This document shows positions 18,401 through 28,000 of a stretch of DNA of 64,000 nucleotides, in pieces. The DNA is taken from the NCBI GenBank assembly GCA_039933875.1, contig JBDTNF010000005.1:2373-66372 (forward strand), given 5' to 3'. The notes beneath the pieces were generated by a model. That model did not search any database, was not told the DNA's origin, and saw only the letters and a list, made by a program, of their open reading frames with translations. Within the stretch, counting starts at the first letter, position 1; each line of letters starts with the position of its first letter. This stretch comes from Flavobacteriales bacterium (GTDB taxonomy: Bacteria; Bacteroidota; Bacteroidia; Flavobacteriales_F; PHOS-HE28). Both the position numbers and the translations under genes were made by a program.

Positions 18401-21400
18401 TCCCGGCATCCGGTGCGATGTTCTCGATCACGGTGACGGTGGCCGAATCGTCCGCGCAAGGCGCAACGCCTTCGACACGATAGGTATACTCACCTGGTTC
18501 CGATGTACCAGGAATGTAGGTGCTGCCAACAAGAGGAGATCCATCGGGCGCATACCAGTCACCCCCGCTATCCGGTGTGTCGGTCAAGTGGTCGAAGAGG
18601 TTGAACGGGACCGCACTGCTGCACACGGCGATCACACCGTTCTGTCCAGCATCGGTCGCCTCGTTCTGGATGATGGTCGCCTGCGCCGTGGCATTGGAAC
18701 ACGGCGCGGTTCCGCTCACGGTATAGGTGTACACACCGGCCTGGTTGGTACCCGGTAGGAAAATGCCCGAATGCGGGGCGGTGCTCGGAGCAGGTCCCAT
18801 CCATGTACCACCTGGGGCCGGACTTCCATTGAGCACGTCGATCAATGGGAAGGGGAACTCGCTGCTACAGATGATGAGCAATCCATTCGAACCCGCGATG
18901 GGCGCTGTGTTCACCACAACTGTCACAACCGCTTGGTCGTTCGCACAAGGGGGAAGGCCCGGTACCGTGTACACGTATGGGCCCGGGGTGTCCGTACCGG
19001 GCAGGAACGTACCCGAGTGGGCCCCGCCGGGCCCTGTCCATGATCCGCCCACTTGCGCGTTCGGTCCGAGCAAGAGGAAAAGATCCTGAACACCGCTTGT
19101 GTTGCACAACGTCAGGGTCGCATCGTTCCCCGCATTAGCGGCCGGGTTCACCGTAATGTTCAACGTGGCCGTCGCGTTCGCGCAGGGGGGGGTACCCGTC
19201 ACCGTATAAGTGTAGAGCCCGGGTGCGGTGGTACCGGGTATGAAAAAGCCGTTGGAAGGTGGGTTACCTGGCGCGGGACCCACCCAGGTCCCATTGAACG
19301 CTGGTGTGCCCAGGAGGAAGTCCACCATCGGGAACCCGGGGTTGTTGCTGCAACGGGTGATCGCATTGCTCAACCCGGCATTGGGCGGCGTGCTGACGGC
19401 AACGGTCACCGTACTCATGTCGGACACGCAAGGAGCCGCTCCCGTTACCACATAGGTATAGGTGCCAGGCGCACTGGTACCCGGAACGAACAGACCGCTG
19501 AACGGCGGGTTGGTCGGTGCCGGACCAACCCAAGTGCCACTCGCATCAGGTGTGCCACCCAAGAAGGTCAGCAGGTTCACATTACCCCCACCGAGACAAA
19601 GCGTGATCGTGGAAGAGATCCCCGCATCGGGCGCCTCGTTCTCGAAGATCGAGACAACGGACACATCCGCTGTACAAGGCGTTACTCCGGCGACGGTATA
19701 GATGTAATCCCCGGGATCACTTGTTCCTGGTATGTAGACACCGTTATGTGGTGAACTGTCGGGGGCTGTCCAAGTACCTCCCGCCTGCGCACCGCCACCC
19801 AATAGGCCGAAGAGCAGGAAGGGCGTGTCCGAACTACATACCGTGGCCGATGCGTTGGTTCCTGCGTTCGACGCCGGAACTATGGAGATCGTAAGGGTGG
19901 CCACCGCCGGCCCACAAGGGAAGGTTCCAGTAACGGTGTAGATATAGATGCCCTGGGCATCGACACTGGGATCGAAGATGGCACTGTGCGGTTGACCATT
20001 GAAGGTCCACACCCCAACTTGAGGACTGCCGCCCAATTGCAAGGTCATATTGAACGGACCGCTGTTGGAGCAGACGGTGATCAGGTTGTTCGACCCCGCA
20101 TTAGGAGCTGGCACTTCGGTCACCGTAACCGTGGACACAGCGTTCGGGCATGGCGCCGTACCATTCACTGTGTAGGTGAAGGCGCAAGGTGTTTGCGTGG
20201 GTGGAGAATAGATGTTGGAGACCGTGGTGGGTCCGCAGCGCCAGATACCAGCGCCTTGTGGATTTCCGCCCAGCGCGGTGAAGAGGTTGAAGGAAGCGCC
20301 ATTGCTGCACGCTGTCACAGACGCGCTGGTACCCGCGTTCGGAGCGGCCACGACGTTCACCGTCACGACAGCGGAATCAGCGAGACAGGAAACTGTGCCA
20401 TTCAGCCGGTAACGGAATTGATACGACCCCGGTGGAACGAGTGTGGCGTCCAGGACCTGTCCGGTCACAGCCGAGGTGCCGCTCAATTCGATCCACACCC
20501 CGCCGGGTTGAGGCGAACCACCAAGACCGAGGAACAAGTTGACAGCGGTCGTGCTGTTACAGACCGTCAGGTTGCCGTCATTGCCTGCATCGAGCCCGGC
20601 TACGATGGTCACCGTCACTTCGGCACTGGCGTCGCCACATTGGCCCGAGCCGGGTACCGTATAGGTGAAGTGATAGTCGCCGGGTGGAAGGCCCAGCGGG
20701 CTGAAAAGATTACCGCTCAACTGACCCGTATTGTCATCATCGCTCCAGATACCCGTGCCATCCGGTGTTCCGCCGAGCCCGGTCATCAGATCGACCACGC
20801 TCTGATCACCACACACGGTAAGATCCCCGTCCGTGCCTGCGTTCGGCGCGAGGTTCACCGTCGCGGTAACGGTAGCCGTAACGTTCGTGCAGGGCGCGGT
20901 GCCTGTGACGGTGTAGGTATACACACCGGGCAGGCTTGTTCCCGGGATGAAGATCCCAGAGCTGGCTCCTCCCGGGCCGGACCATGCGCCGCCCGCATCG
21001 GGCACACCACCCAGTATGGTAAAGAGGTCCACAGGCCCATCGGTGGAACAACGTTGGAAAGCCGCGTTCGTACCCGCAACGGGTTGGCGATTCTCGCTGA
21101 CCACCACAACGGCCGATGCATCAAGACACGGAGTCGTTCCGGACACGATGTAGGTATAACCTCCTGCGGAGGACACACCTGGTGTGTATGTGCCTGTGCT
21201 TGGGGTGCCGTTCGGCCGCGTCCACGATCCACCCACGCCCGGTGTACCACCCAACAGCGGGAACAGGTTGAAGGGCGCTGCGCTGCTGCACACCGTGGTC
21301 GCACCATTGGTACCGGCGTTCGGCGCGATGTTCACAGCCACGGTCACAAAGGCCGTGTCATTCCCGCATGGAACCGCCCCTGTCACCACGTATGCGTACA

Positions 21401-24005
21401 CTCCAGGTGCGCTCGTTCCGGGAACAAAGGTCCCGGAGAACACAGCGTTCGACGGATCGCGCCACGTTCCTGTTCCACTGGGTGTGCCGCCGAGCAGGCC
21501 GAGCAAGGCGAAGGCACTGTTGGTGCTGCACACCGTGGTGTTGCCGTTCGTTCCTGCGTTCGGCGCGATCACCCGAACGATCTGCACAGTGGCGGTTGCA
21601 TTGGCGCAAGGTGCCGCACCCACCACCGTGTAGGTGTAGGTCCCACCCACTTCGGTACCGGGCAGATAGGTCCCCGAATGAGCCGTGCCGTTCGGTCGTG
21701 TCCAGGAACCGCCAGCGGTCGGGCTACCGCCTAACAAGGCAAAGAGATCCACCGGTGGGGCATCACTGCACACGGTGAGAGAGGCGTTGGTGCCAGCGCT
21801 GGGTGGCTGGACAACGGTGACCTGTACCGTGGCCAGATCATTCGCGCATGGCGACTGGCCCGGCACGGTGTAGGTGTAAGTCCCCGGTGTGGAAGTGCCC
21901 GGAACGAACGTACCGTTGTTCGCGCCAGCTGGGCCTGTCCATGTACCGTTCGCGTCGGGCGACCCGGTGAGGAAGCCGGCCAGGCCGAACGGTGCGTCCG
22001 TGCTGCAAACCGTTGTAGCCCCGTTGATCCCAGCGTTGGGGGCGCTTACCACCGAGACGTTAAGCACGGAAGTCGCGTTCGAGCAGGGTGCCTGACCTGC
22101 AACGAGGTAGGTGTAAACGCCTGCGGGATCGGTACCCGGAGTGAACGTCGCCCCGTGGGCTCCGGAAGGTCCCGTCCAAGTACCCCCGGAAGTGGGACTT
22201 CCGCCCAACTGCGTGAAGAGTGAGAAGGCAGCGTCGTTCGAGCAGCGGACCACCGTGCCTCCCGTACCTGCGTTCGGTGCCGTGTTCACCGTGACGATGA
22301 CGGTGGCGACATCGGGTAAGCAGGGTGACTGCCCGGTAACCGTGTATGTGTATGTCCCGGATTGATCGGTGCCGGGCACGAACGTGCCTGAGTGGACCTG
22401 GCTGTTCGGCGCTGTCCAAGTGCCTCCCACATCGGGCGTGCCCCCGATCAGCGCGAACAGCGCAAAACTGCCGTCCGTGCTGCACACGGTGACCAACCCA
22501 TTGGCTCCGGCGTTCGGTGCCTGCCGCAGAGTGATGTTGACCGTCGCCGTGGCGTTCGAACAGGGTGGCGTGCCAACGACCGTATAGGTATAAGCACCGC
22601 TTACATCGGTGGCCGGGTTGAAGGACGGACCATGCGCGCCGACGGGGCCGATCCACGTTCCCCCGGCGTCAGGCGTCCCATTCAACCGGGAGATCAAAGG
22701 AAAGGTGGCATCGCTGCTGCAAACAGTGATGGTATTGTCGGTGCCAGCATCAGGGGCGCCCACCTGTGCAACTGTGACCGTCGCGGTCGCATTGGCGCAA
22801 GGCGGCACACCCAGTACCGCGTAGGTATAGATTCCCGCGACCGACGTTCCGGGTGTGTAGGTATCAGGAACAGGCGTTGCACCAGGACCGGTCCATGCCC
22901 CGCCTGGGTCCGGAGCACCGCCAAGCAAAGCGAACAAGGAAAAGGGCGCAGCGTTGTCGCACACGGTGATGTTCCCGTTCGTGCCGGCGCTCACCGGCTG
23001 GTTCACCGTCACGGTCACATCCGCGGAAGCGATCCCACAAGGCGGAACACCGCCGACCGTGTAGGTGTAGATGCCAGCAGGGTCAGTGGCGGGATCGAAC
23101 ATGTTCGAGTGGGGCCCCAACGGTCCTGTCCAATTCCCCCCGGCATCAGGTGCGCCACCCAGCACGAGGAACAGATCAACGGGTGCCCCGTCCGCACATA
23201 CGGAGAGTGCCGAACTGATCCCGGCGTTCGGCGCGTCGACCAGGGTGATCGAGAGTGTGGCGCTGGAATCAGGGCAAGGGGCCGGACCGCTGACGGTATA
23301 TGTCCAAATGCCCCCTGGATCGCTCGAAAGATCGAACGTCGAAGCATGCGGCGCACCTCCCGGGGCGCTCCACGAACCACCTGCATCCGGGACACCACCG
23401 AGTTGGGTCGTGAGGGTGAACGAACTTCCGTCCGTGCAAAGGGTCAAGTTCGCGTTGGATCCAGCGCTGGGTCCGGTCGTGATGTCAGCAGCATAGCCTT
23501 GGCCTGTACCACTATTGTCACTTTCCCAACGGAAGGTCAGGCAGCCGCTGGGGTTGGTCGCGACGAACGAGTCCCCAAGAAAGGGATCATCATGGTCGCC
23601 GATGGCCATGGGCGACCCTCCGGTACCGGTACCGTCGAAGATGTGCAGATGATCACCATCCCCACCACCGGCAAGATCCCATGAGGTGAAGGTCACTGAT
23701 GTGTTCGGCCCAGAGCCAGGACCACCGGTCGGACAGATCGTAACGGTGATGCTCTCATTATTACCGTAGTTCCCCCCGGGGCCACCGGAATCGGAGAAGG
23801 ATCCGGCGCAGGTTTCTACCTGGGCGTCCTCGTCACAAATGATGACCTGAGCCGACGCCCATCGCGGCAGGGTCAAAGCCAACAGGACGGCCAAGGCCCA
23901 GCGCCATGAACGGTTCCAACGGTAAAGGATCTGGTCAAGTCCCACGCACACGGTGCTTCGGCCTGGTAAAAGGGCCGACAAGGTACATCCCTTCCCGGTG
24001 CTCAT
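15414..24005 (-). CDS. giant T9SS type B (gliding motility-associated C-terminal domain) cargo protein with CUB-like N-terminal domain and ~31 tandem ~81-aa repeats
   Basis: The ORF 15414..24080 is continuous. The start is uncertain: ATG at 24005, or GTG at 23951 or 23945. The signal peptide is RSWRWALAVLLALTLPRWASAQ. The C-terminal FSPNGDGVNETF...IFNRWG...GTYFYIL is the CHU_C/type B sorting domain. Confidence 0.9.
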   Translation of the reverse strand: MSTGKGCTLSALLPGRSTVCVGLDQILYRWNRSWRWALAVLLALTLPRWASAQVIICDEDAQVETCAGSFSDSGGPGGNYGNNESITVTICPTGGPGSGPNTSVTFTSWDLAGGGDGDHLHIFDGTGTGGSPMAIGDHDDPFLGDSFVATNPSGCLTFRWESDNSGTGQGYAADITTGPSAGSNANLTLCTDGSSFTLTTQLGGVPDAGGSWSAPGGAPHASTFDLSSDPGGIWTYTVSGPAPCPDSSATLSITLVDAPNAGISSALSVCADGAPVDLFLVLGGAPDAGGNWTGPLGPHSNMFDPATDPAGIYTYTVGGVPPCGIASADVTVTVNQPVSAGTNGNITVCDNAAPFSLFALLGGAPDPGGAWTGPGATPVPDTYTPGTSVAGIYTYAVLGVPPCANATATVTVAQVGAPDAGTDNTITVCSSDATFPLISRLNGTPDAGGTWIGPVGAHGPSFNPATDVSGAYTYTVVGTPPCSNATATVNITLRQAPNAGANGLVTVCSTDGSFALFALIGGTPDVGGTWTAPNSQVHSGTFVPGTDQSGTYTYTVTGQSPCLPDVATVIVTVNTAPNAGTGGTVVRCSNDAAFSLFTQLGGSPTSGGTWTGPSGAHGATFTPGTDPAGVYTYLVAGQAPCSNATSVLNVSVVSAPNAGINGATTVCSTDAPFGLAGFLTGSPDANGTWTGPAGANNGTFVPGTSTPGTYTYTVPGQSPCANDLATVQVTVVQPPSAGTNASLTVCSDAPPVDLFALLGGSPTAGGSWTRPNGTAHSGTYLPGTEVGGTYTYTVVGAAPCANATATVQIVRVIAPNAGTNGNTTVCSTNSAFALLGLLGGTPSGTGTWRDPSNAVFSGTFVPGTSAPGVYAYVVTGAVPCGNDTAFVTVAVNIAPNAGTNGATTVCSSAAPFNLFPLLGGTPGVGGSWTRPNGTPSTGTYTPGVSSAGGYTYIVSGTTPCLDASAVVVVSENRQPVAGTNAAFQRCSTDGPVDLFTILGGVPDAGGAWSGPGGASSGIFIPGTSLPGVYTYTVTGTAPCTNVTATVTATVNLAPNAGTDGDLTVCGDQSVVDLMTGLGGTPDGTGIWSDDDNTGQLSGNLFSPLGLPPGDYHFTYTVPGSGQCGDASAEVTVTIVAGLDAGNDGNLTVCNSTTAVNLFLGLGGSPQPGGVWIELSGTSAVTGQVLDATLVPPGSYQFRYRLNGTVSCLADSAVVTVNVVAAPNAGTSASVTACSNGASFNLFTALGGNPQGAGIWRCGPTTVSNIYSPPTQTPCAFTYTVNGTAPCPNAVSTVTVTEVPAPNAGSNNLITVCSNSGPFNMTLQLGGSPQVGVWTFNGQPHSAIFDPSVDAQGIYIYTVTGTFPCGPAVATLTISIVPASNAGTNASATVCSSDTPFLLFGLLGGGAQAGGTWTAPDSSPHNGVYIPGTSDPGDYIYTVAGVTPCTADVSVVSIFENEAPDAGISSTITLCLGGGNVNLLTFLGGTPDASGTWVGPAPTNPPFSGLFVPGTSAPGTYTYVVTGAAPCVSDMSTVTVAVSTPPNAGLSNAITRCSNNPGFPMVDFLLGTPAFNGTWVGPAPGNPPSNGFFIPGTTAPGLYTYTVTGTPPCANATATLNITVNPAANAGNDATLTLCNTSGVQDLFLLLGPNAQVGGSWTGPGGAHSGTFLPGTDTPGPYVYTVPGLPPCANDQAVVTVVVNTAPIAGSNGLLIICSSEFPFPLIDVLNGSPAPGGTWMGPAPSTAPHSGIFLPGTNQAGVYTYTVSGTAPCSNATAQATIIQNEATDAGQNGVIAVCSSAVPFNLFDHLTDTPDSGGDWYAPDGSPLVGSTYIPGTSEPGEYTYRVEGVAPCADDSATVTVIENIAPDAGISTVALVCSDTVAFPLADLLGGTPDLNGTWTFNSNLHGPVFDPTVDISGAYVYTVSGAAPCIDAFAQVQITRVPAPNAGNGGAIASCIDDPAISLALGLGGSPNGGGIWNDDDGTGQLNGAVFNAVGLPAGTYHFTYTVVGISPCGSSSTTVTVNIAEALFAGVDSTASVCESELPCLFDLLGPDAQAGGIWVDVDNSGALVGCAFDASTVAEGTTWRFDYVLPASGQCESDTARVTITVLDGPSAGCDGFMNLCANSAPVQLANALGCDPDPGGFWLDPFGVLLPVGTFLPATGAPGTYSYVVPGIGTCPSDTSEVTVGVTQPPNAGNDADLAICSSDGAVDMFTLLGPNAEAGGVWTFGGGPNPPVHSNFYNPAIDVQGTYRYTVMGAPPCANDAAFVTVTEHPAPNAGCDGVLTVCSDQDPVLLRSFLGCSPQTNGTWMGPSGPHGNFFDPAVDEPGVYTYTVDGIAPCEDATAELTISVTPAVNAGEDAEIFACLDQAPLNLFDSLGTGAQTGGVWTDVDGSGALVGDIFTPSVAGNGTWNFTYALPSNGPCVGATTEVIVHVGSGSSAGGDSTVTVCGSETAYALFDALAGSPAVGGSWSDPTGTGALLADGILDVSALPIGGSSPFVYTIIDPGCGTAFATVLVTAAAYPVAGTGTSLTLCSTAASIDLFAQLTGGPQTGGVWTGPGGPHSATFDPGVDPSGEYTYTVAGNTACPDATAVVDITINEPPDAGADGELLACDTVVALDLFTGLLGAPQVGGTWVDLDGAGGLTGGMLNTTGVAPGEYDFSYTVSASGCGNASAQVNVVVVSSVHVIDVVGTCNEEDRTYVVSFTIEQGDAATYQVTGLDGVISPGPVYVFTSIPLFTSQDFEAFVQDQYSCGVVHVVGGTPCVFEDDVFVPETFSPNGDGVNETFLIPGIEGYPNNTLVIFNRWGGEIYDGVGYDNRTVVWDGTSPNAALAGPAPAGTYFYILDLGNGKEALTGYVYLNR
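15953..23474 (-). repeat. in-frame coding tandem repeat, ~31 units of ~81 aa (~243 bp)
   Basis: The units were counted by the recurring P(N/D)AG...VC...LF..LGG.P..GG.W.GP.....F.PG....G.YTYTV.G..PC...A.V.V.V pattern in the translation. Confidence 0.85.
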
Positions 24006-24012
24006 GTCAAGA

Positions 24013-24035
24013 AAAGCCCCGCCGGGCGGGGCTTT
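24013..24035 (-). terminator. intrinsic terminator after the middle PorP/SprF gene
   Basis: The 10-bp GC-rich stem is aaagccccgc/gcggggcttt. On the minus strand it is followed by TTTTCTT. Confidence 0.65.
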
Positions 24036-24145
24036 ATCGACCATGGCGCGAAAACGATCGACGGAAATTCCTGAATGCACCGGATCAAGCTGCGCACTCC
24101 ATTCAGACAGCCCTTTTGCGGGAACGGTTGCCTACAGGAACCGCC

Positions 24146-25069
24146 TCAGGGTGAGGGTGCGGCCGCTGTAGTGGCGGGCCTACCGATCGTGATCGCCAGC
24201 ATCAACTCGTGCGTGCCGGTGCTGTAGTTGTTCAGGTTGCTGGTGATGATATCGTACGAATAGCCGAACTGGAAATTCTGCTTGATCCAGCAGCCCACCA
24301 TGGCACACCATGCGTCGTTGGTCCGATAGGAGCCGCCCAACCAGAACGCATCCTTGTACCGGACCGTGGCGGTAAGGTCGATCTTGGCTGGAACGGGAGC
24401 AACGTATTTCACCATGAACGAAGGCTCCAGCTTCCAGTCCTCTCCGAGCAGGAACCGGTACCCACCTGTGATGTAGTAGTGGTTCTCCATCCGGCTAAGC
24501 GTTTCGCTCTGCGTATCGAAGAAATAGACCTTGTTGTGGAGGAGCTGAGGTGCGCATGCACCGAACCAGAAGTGCGGGTGGTACAGGTAGAAGGCGAACT
24601 TGGCGTCGGGCTCCAGCTCGCCGCGCAACTGGTCATCCATCGTCGGATCGCCTTGGTCGTGGAGATCGATCTTCGATCCATCGATAAGGAACTGGAGCAG
24701 CCCCCCGGAAACCGCAAGCGAGAGCTTGAGGTCGTCCGTGAGCCGCAGGTGGTAGGCATAGGAGAACTGGACGCCGGTGCGTCGGGTGGGCCCAACGATA
24801 TCCGTGAAGAGATATCCGCCAACACCCATGTTCTTGCCCAGCGGCGTTGTCCCGCTCAGGGTGAATGTGCGCGGCGCGTCCTGTATGCCCACCCACTGGT
24901 AGCGATGACCGCTGCGCAGTTCGAAGAAGGGACGACTGCCAGCGACCGCCGGGTTGAAGACATAGTCGTTGAACTGGTACTGCGTGAGCTGCGGCAATTG
25001 CTGCGCATGCACGGCTTGCAAGGCAAGGGTGACCGCGACGGTGAGGAGGATTCTGCGTTGCATCTCCAT
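24146..25069 (-). CDS. PorP/SprF family type IX secretion system membrane protein
   Basis: A signal peptide is followed by QQLPQLTQYQFNDYVFNPAVAGS. The product is 307 aa. The gene starts 4 nt after the stop of the upstream giant gene. Confidence 0.9.
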   Translation of the reverse strand: MEMQRRILLTVAVTLALQAVHAQQLPQLTQYQFNDYVFNPAVAGSRPFFELRSGHRYQWVGIQDAPRTFTLSGTTPLGKNMGVGGYLFTDIVGPTRRTGVQFSYAYHLRLTDDLKLSLAVSGGLLQFLIDGSKIDLHDQGDPTMDDQLRGELEPDAKFAFYLYHPHFWFGACAPQLLHNKVYFFDTQSETLSRMENHYYITGGYRFLLGEDWKLEPSFMVKYVAPVPAKIDLTATVRYKDAFWLGGSYRTNDAWCAMVGCWIKQNFQFGYSYDIITSNLNNYSTGTHELMLAITIGRPATTAAAPSP

Positions 25070-25073
25070 GGGT

Positions 25074-28000
25074 TCAGCGGATCACAGTGAGTGGCCCCGT
25101 GTACGCATCGGGGAAGCGTGGATCATTGAGCTTCACGACGTAGTAGTACGTGCCTACCGGGACGAAACCGTCATTGTAACGTCCGTCCCATGGCTGTTTG
25201 TAGCCTACACTTTGGAACAACAACTCACCCCAGCGATTGTAGACCTCCACCTCGCACAAGGGGAACAGGTCGATGTAGTCGATCACCCATACGTCGTTCC
25301 ATCCATCGCCATTGGGGGTGAACCCTGATGGGATGACCACTTCGGGGATCACCGTCACCAGCACCGAGTCGAGGTCCTGGCATCCGTTGGGTGCGGTCAC
25401 CAGCACCGTGAACCAGGTGGTCACCGATGGGTGCCCGAGCGGATTGGACACGGCACCACTGGTAAGCGCACTATCCGGGGTCCAGAGGAAGGTGCTGCCT
25501 GTAGGTCCTGTAGGTGTCCCGCCCAGCGTAACAGGCTCGCCCAATACGATGGCGTGATCGGGTCCGGCATCCGCGATCGGCAGATCGAGCACCGTGATGC
25601 TGACCTGGTCGCTGGAACTACATGGGCCATTGGTGACGGTAAGCGTGAAGGTGTGCGGTCCGGAGCTGAGTGGACCGAGCGATACCGTGGTATCCGTGCC
25701 GATCACTGCACTCTGATCATCCGTCCACGTGTAGGTCAAAGCCCCGACGCTCTGCGAGCCATCCAGCAGAATGGCCACGTTGAAGCAAACGCTTTGGTCA
25801 GGCCCAGCGTCAGCCACCACCGTGATCAAGGCGTCGACAGTGACCACCACGGTGTCGGTACAGTTGTGGCTGTCCGTCACGATGAGGGTGTAGTCTCCTG
25901 GGAGAAGTCCTGCAAGGTCCTCAAGCGCTGAATTGAACCCACCAGGGCCGGCCCATCCGAACACGTAAGGCGGTGTTCCACCGGTCGCCGTTGTTCCGAT
26001 GGAACCATCCGCAGCATCCGCGCATGTGGCCGGTGTCACCTGATCAACGGTGATCGACACCGCCGATGGTTCGGTGATCGTGAAAGTGAACGTGCTGTCG
26101 CAACCGATCACATCGCTGATGGTCACGTCATGATCACCGGGGCACAAGCCTGTGGCTGTTGCCGTGCCTTGCCCGTTCGGGGGCACTGGATTCCAGAGGT
26201 AGATGTATCCGCCTAACCCGCCGGTTGCCGCAAGCACGATACTGCCGTTGCAGTCACCATTGCATTGTACATCGCTTACGGTCGCGTTCGCCAGGATCGG
26301 ATCGAAAGGCAGGATGGTGAACGCATAGGTCGAATCACAGCCCAGCGCATCGGTGATCGTCAAGCTCCATGCACCGGCGCACAATCCCGATGCGAGCGTG
26401 GAGCCCTGTCCGACAGGCGGAGGCGGTTGCCACAACACCGTATACGGACCGGTGCCACCACTCGGTGCGATGCTCGCGGTCCCATCGCATGGCCCGAAGC
26501 ATGTTTCGTTCGTGGTCGTCAGGTTCGCCACGATCGGCGTCCCTTCGGTGATGGTGAACGGCGTGGAGAACAGACATCCGTTCGCATCGTTGACCTCGAA
26601 TGTGTAGTCGCCCGCACAAAGACCACCGATCGAATCCACACCAGCGGCGATCGTGTTGCCGCCGGCATCACGCCATACCGTGCTGTAAGGTGCGACCCCT
26701 CCTGTGATCACAGCCTCCGCGGTACCCAGGCAATCGCCGAAACAGATATTGTTCGTTGTGGTCACTGTTGCATCAAGCACAGGCGGATCCACCAGCGTGA
26801 TCGTGATCGTTGTATCACATCCGTTCGCATCGCTTACGGTAACGAGCCAATCATCAGCACAGAGACCCGTACCCGTATCGGTGCCATTGCCGTTCGGCGG
26901 TACCGGGGACCAGTTGAACACATAAGGCGCAACACCACCCTGTGGGATCACCACGATGACACCATCACAAGCACCGTTGCAGGTGATCGGTGTCACAGTT
27001 GCATCCGCTATCAACAACGGCGGCTCGGTGATCAGGACATCCACGGTGATCGAACAACCGACCGAATCGGAGATGACAACGGTCCAAACACCAGCGCACA
27101 ATCCCTGCGCTTGCGGCGTGCCCTGACCGATCGGTGGCACCGGATCCCACACGTAACCATATGGAGGGACACCGCCTGTGGGCCCAACGGTGGCTGAACC
27201 ATCGCAAGCGCCGTTGCAGGTCACCGGTGTGGTGCTCAAGTTGGGCAGGATGGGATCAGGCTCGTCCACATAAGCAGTGTCGATCGTGATGCAGCCTGTG
27301 CCGTTGATCACTTGCACCAGGTAAAGGCCTGCGCAAAGACTGTCGAGTTGGTTACCCGTTCCGTTCAAGCTGTTCCCACTGGCATCGTACCAGGAAATAG
27401 TGCATGGCGGATCCCCGCAGTTGAACACCACGTTCACCACGCCATCACAATCACCGGGACATGTGGTGAGACCATCGGTCGTAGTGGTCACTTCACCATC
27501 GATGTCGCTCACCGGAACAAGCAGCGTTGCCTGGCAGAGGTTCGCATCGGTCACCAGCACGGTGTAGAACCCAGCACAGATATTCGCCAGCGTGTCGTTC
27601 GTTCCGAACAGGTTCCCGCCGGATGTCCATGCGAAGAGGTAGGGCCCTGTTCCGCCAGAGACCATCACGTTCACCGCACCGCTGCACACACCGCACGCAC
27701 TGGGCGAGGTGTTCCCCACCAGCGAGATCGGCAGCGGCTCCATGATGGTGTACGCTACGGTCGTATCACACCCATTGGCATCCGTCAGGAGCAAGCTGTA
27801 GGCACCCGCGCAGAGATCGGTCGCGCTGTTGCCACCCTGGCCGTTCGGTGGCACCGGTGTCCAGAAGAAGAGAAATGGCCCCGTGCCGCCCGAGGGGGTC
27901 ACAACGATGCTACCATCACAGGTGCCCGCGCACGATGCGTTCTGCACGAGCGCGCTCTGCACGAGCGGTGCAGGCTCAACGATGAGCAACGCAATGGTCG

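Noticed and set aside
16704-23684. Plus-strand ORFs 16704..18098, 19986..21734 and 22392..23684 (430-582 aa), plus many shorter ORFs inside the giant cargo gene.
   Set aside because: They are antisense or alternative frames of a repetitive, stop-poor, high-GC coding region. The translations are Arg/Gly-rich and non-repetitive in a way that mirrors the sense repeats. Only the minus-strand frame is continuous for 8.6 kb and ends in a sorting domain.
24006-24080. The full-length N-terminal extension of the 2888-aa ORF (start at 24080).
   Set aside because: The extension would be translated through the terminator hairpin at 24013..24035. It adds 25 residues ahead of an already long pre-signal segment, so the internal starts are more plausible.
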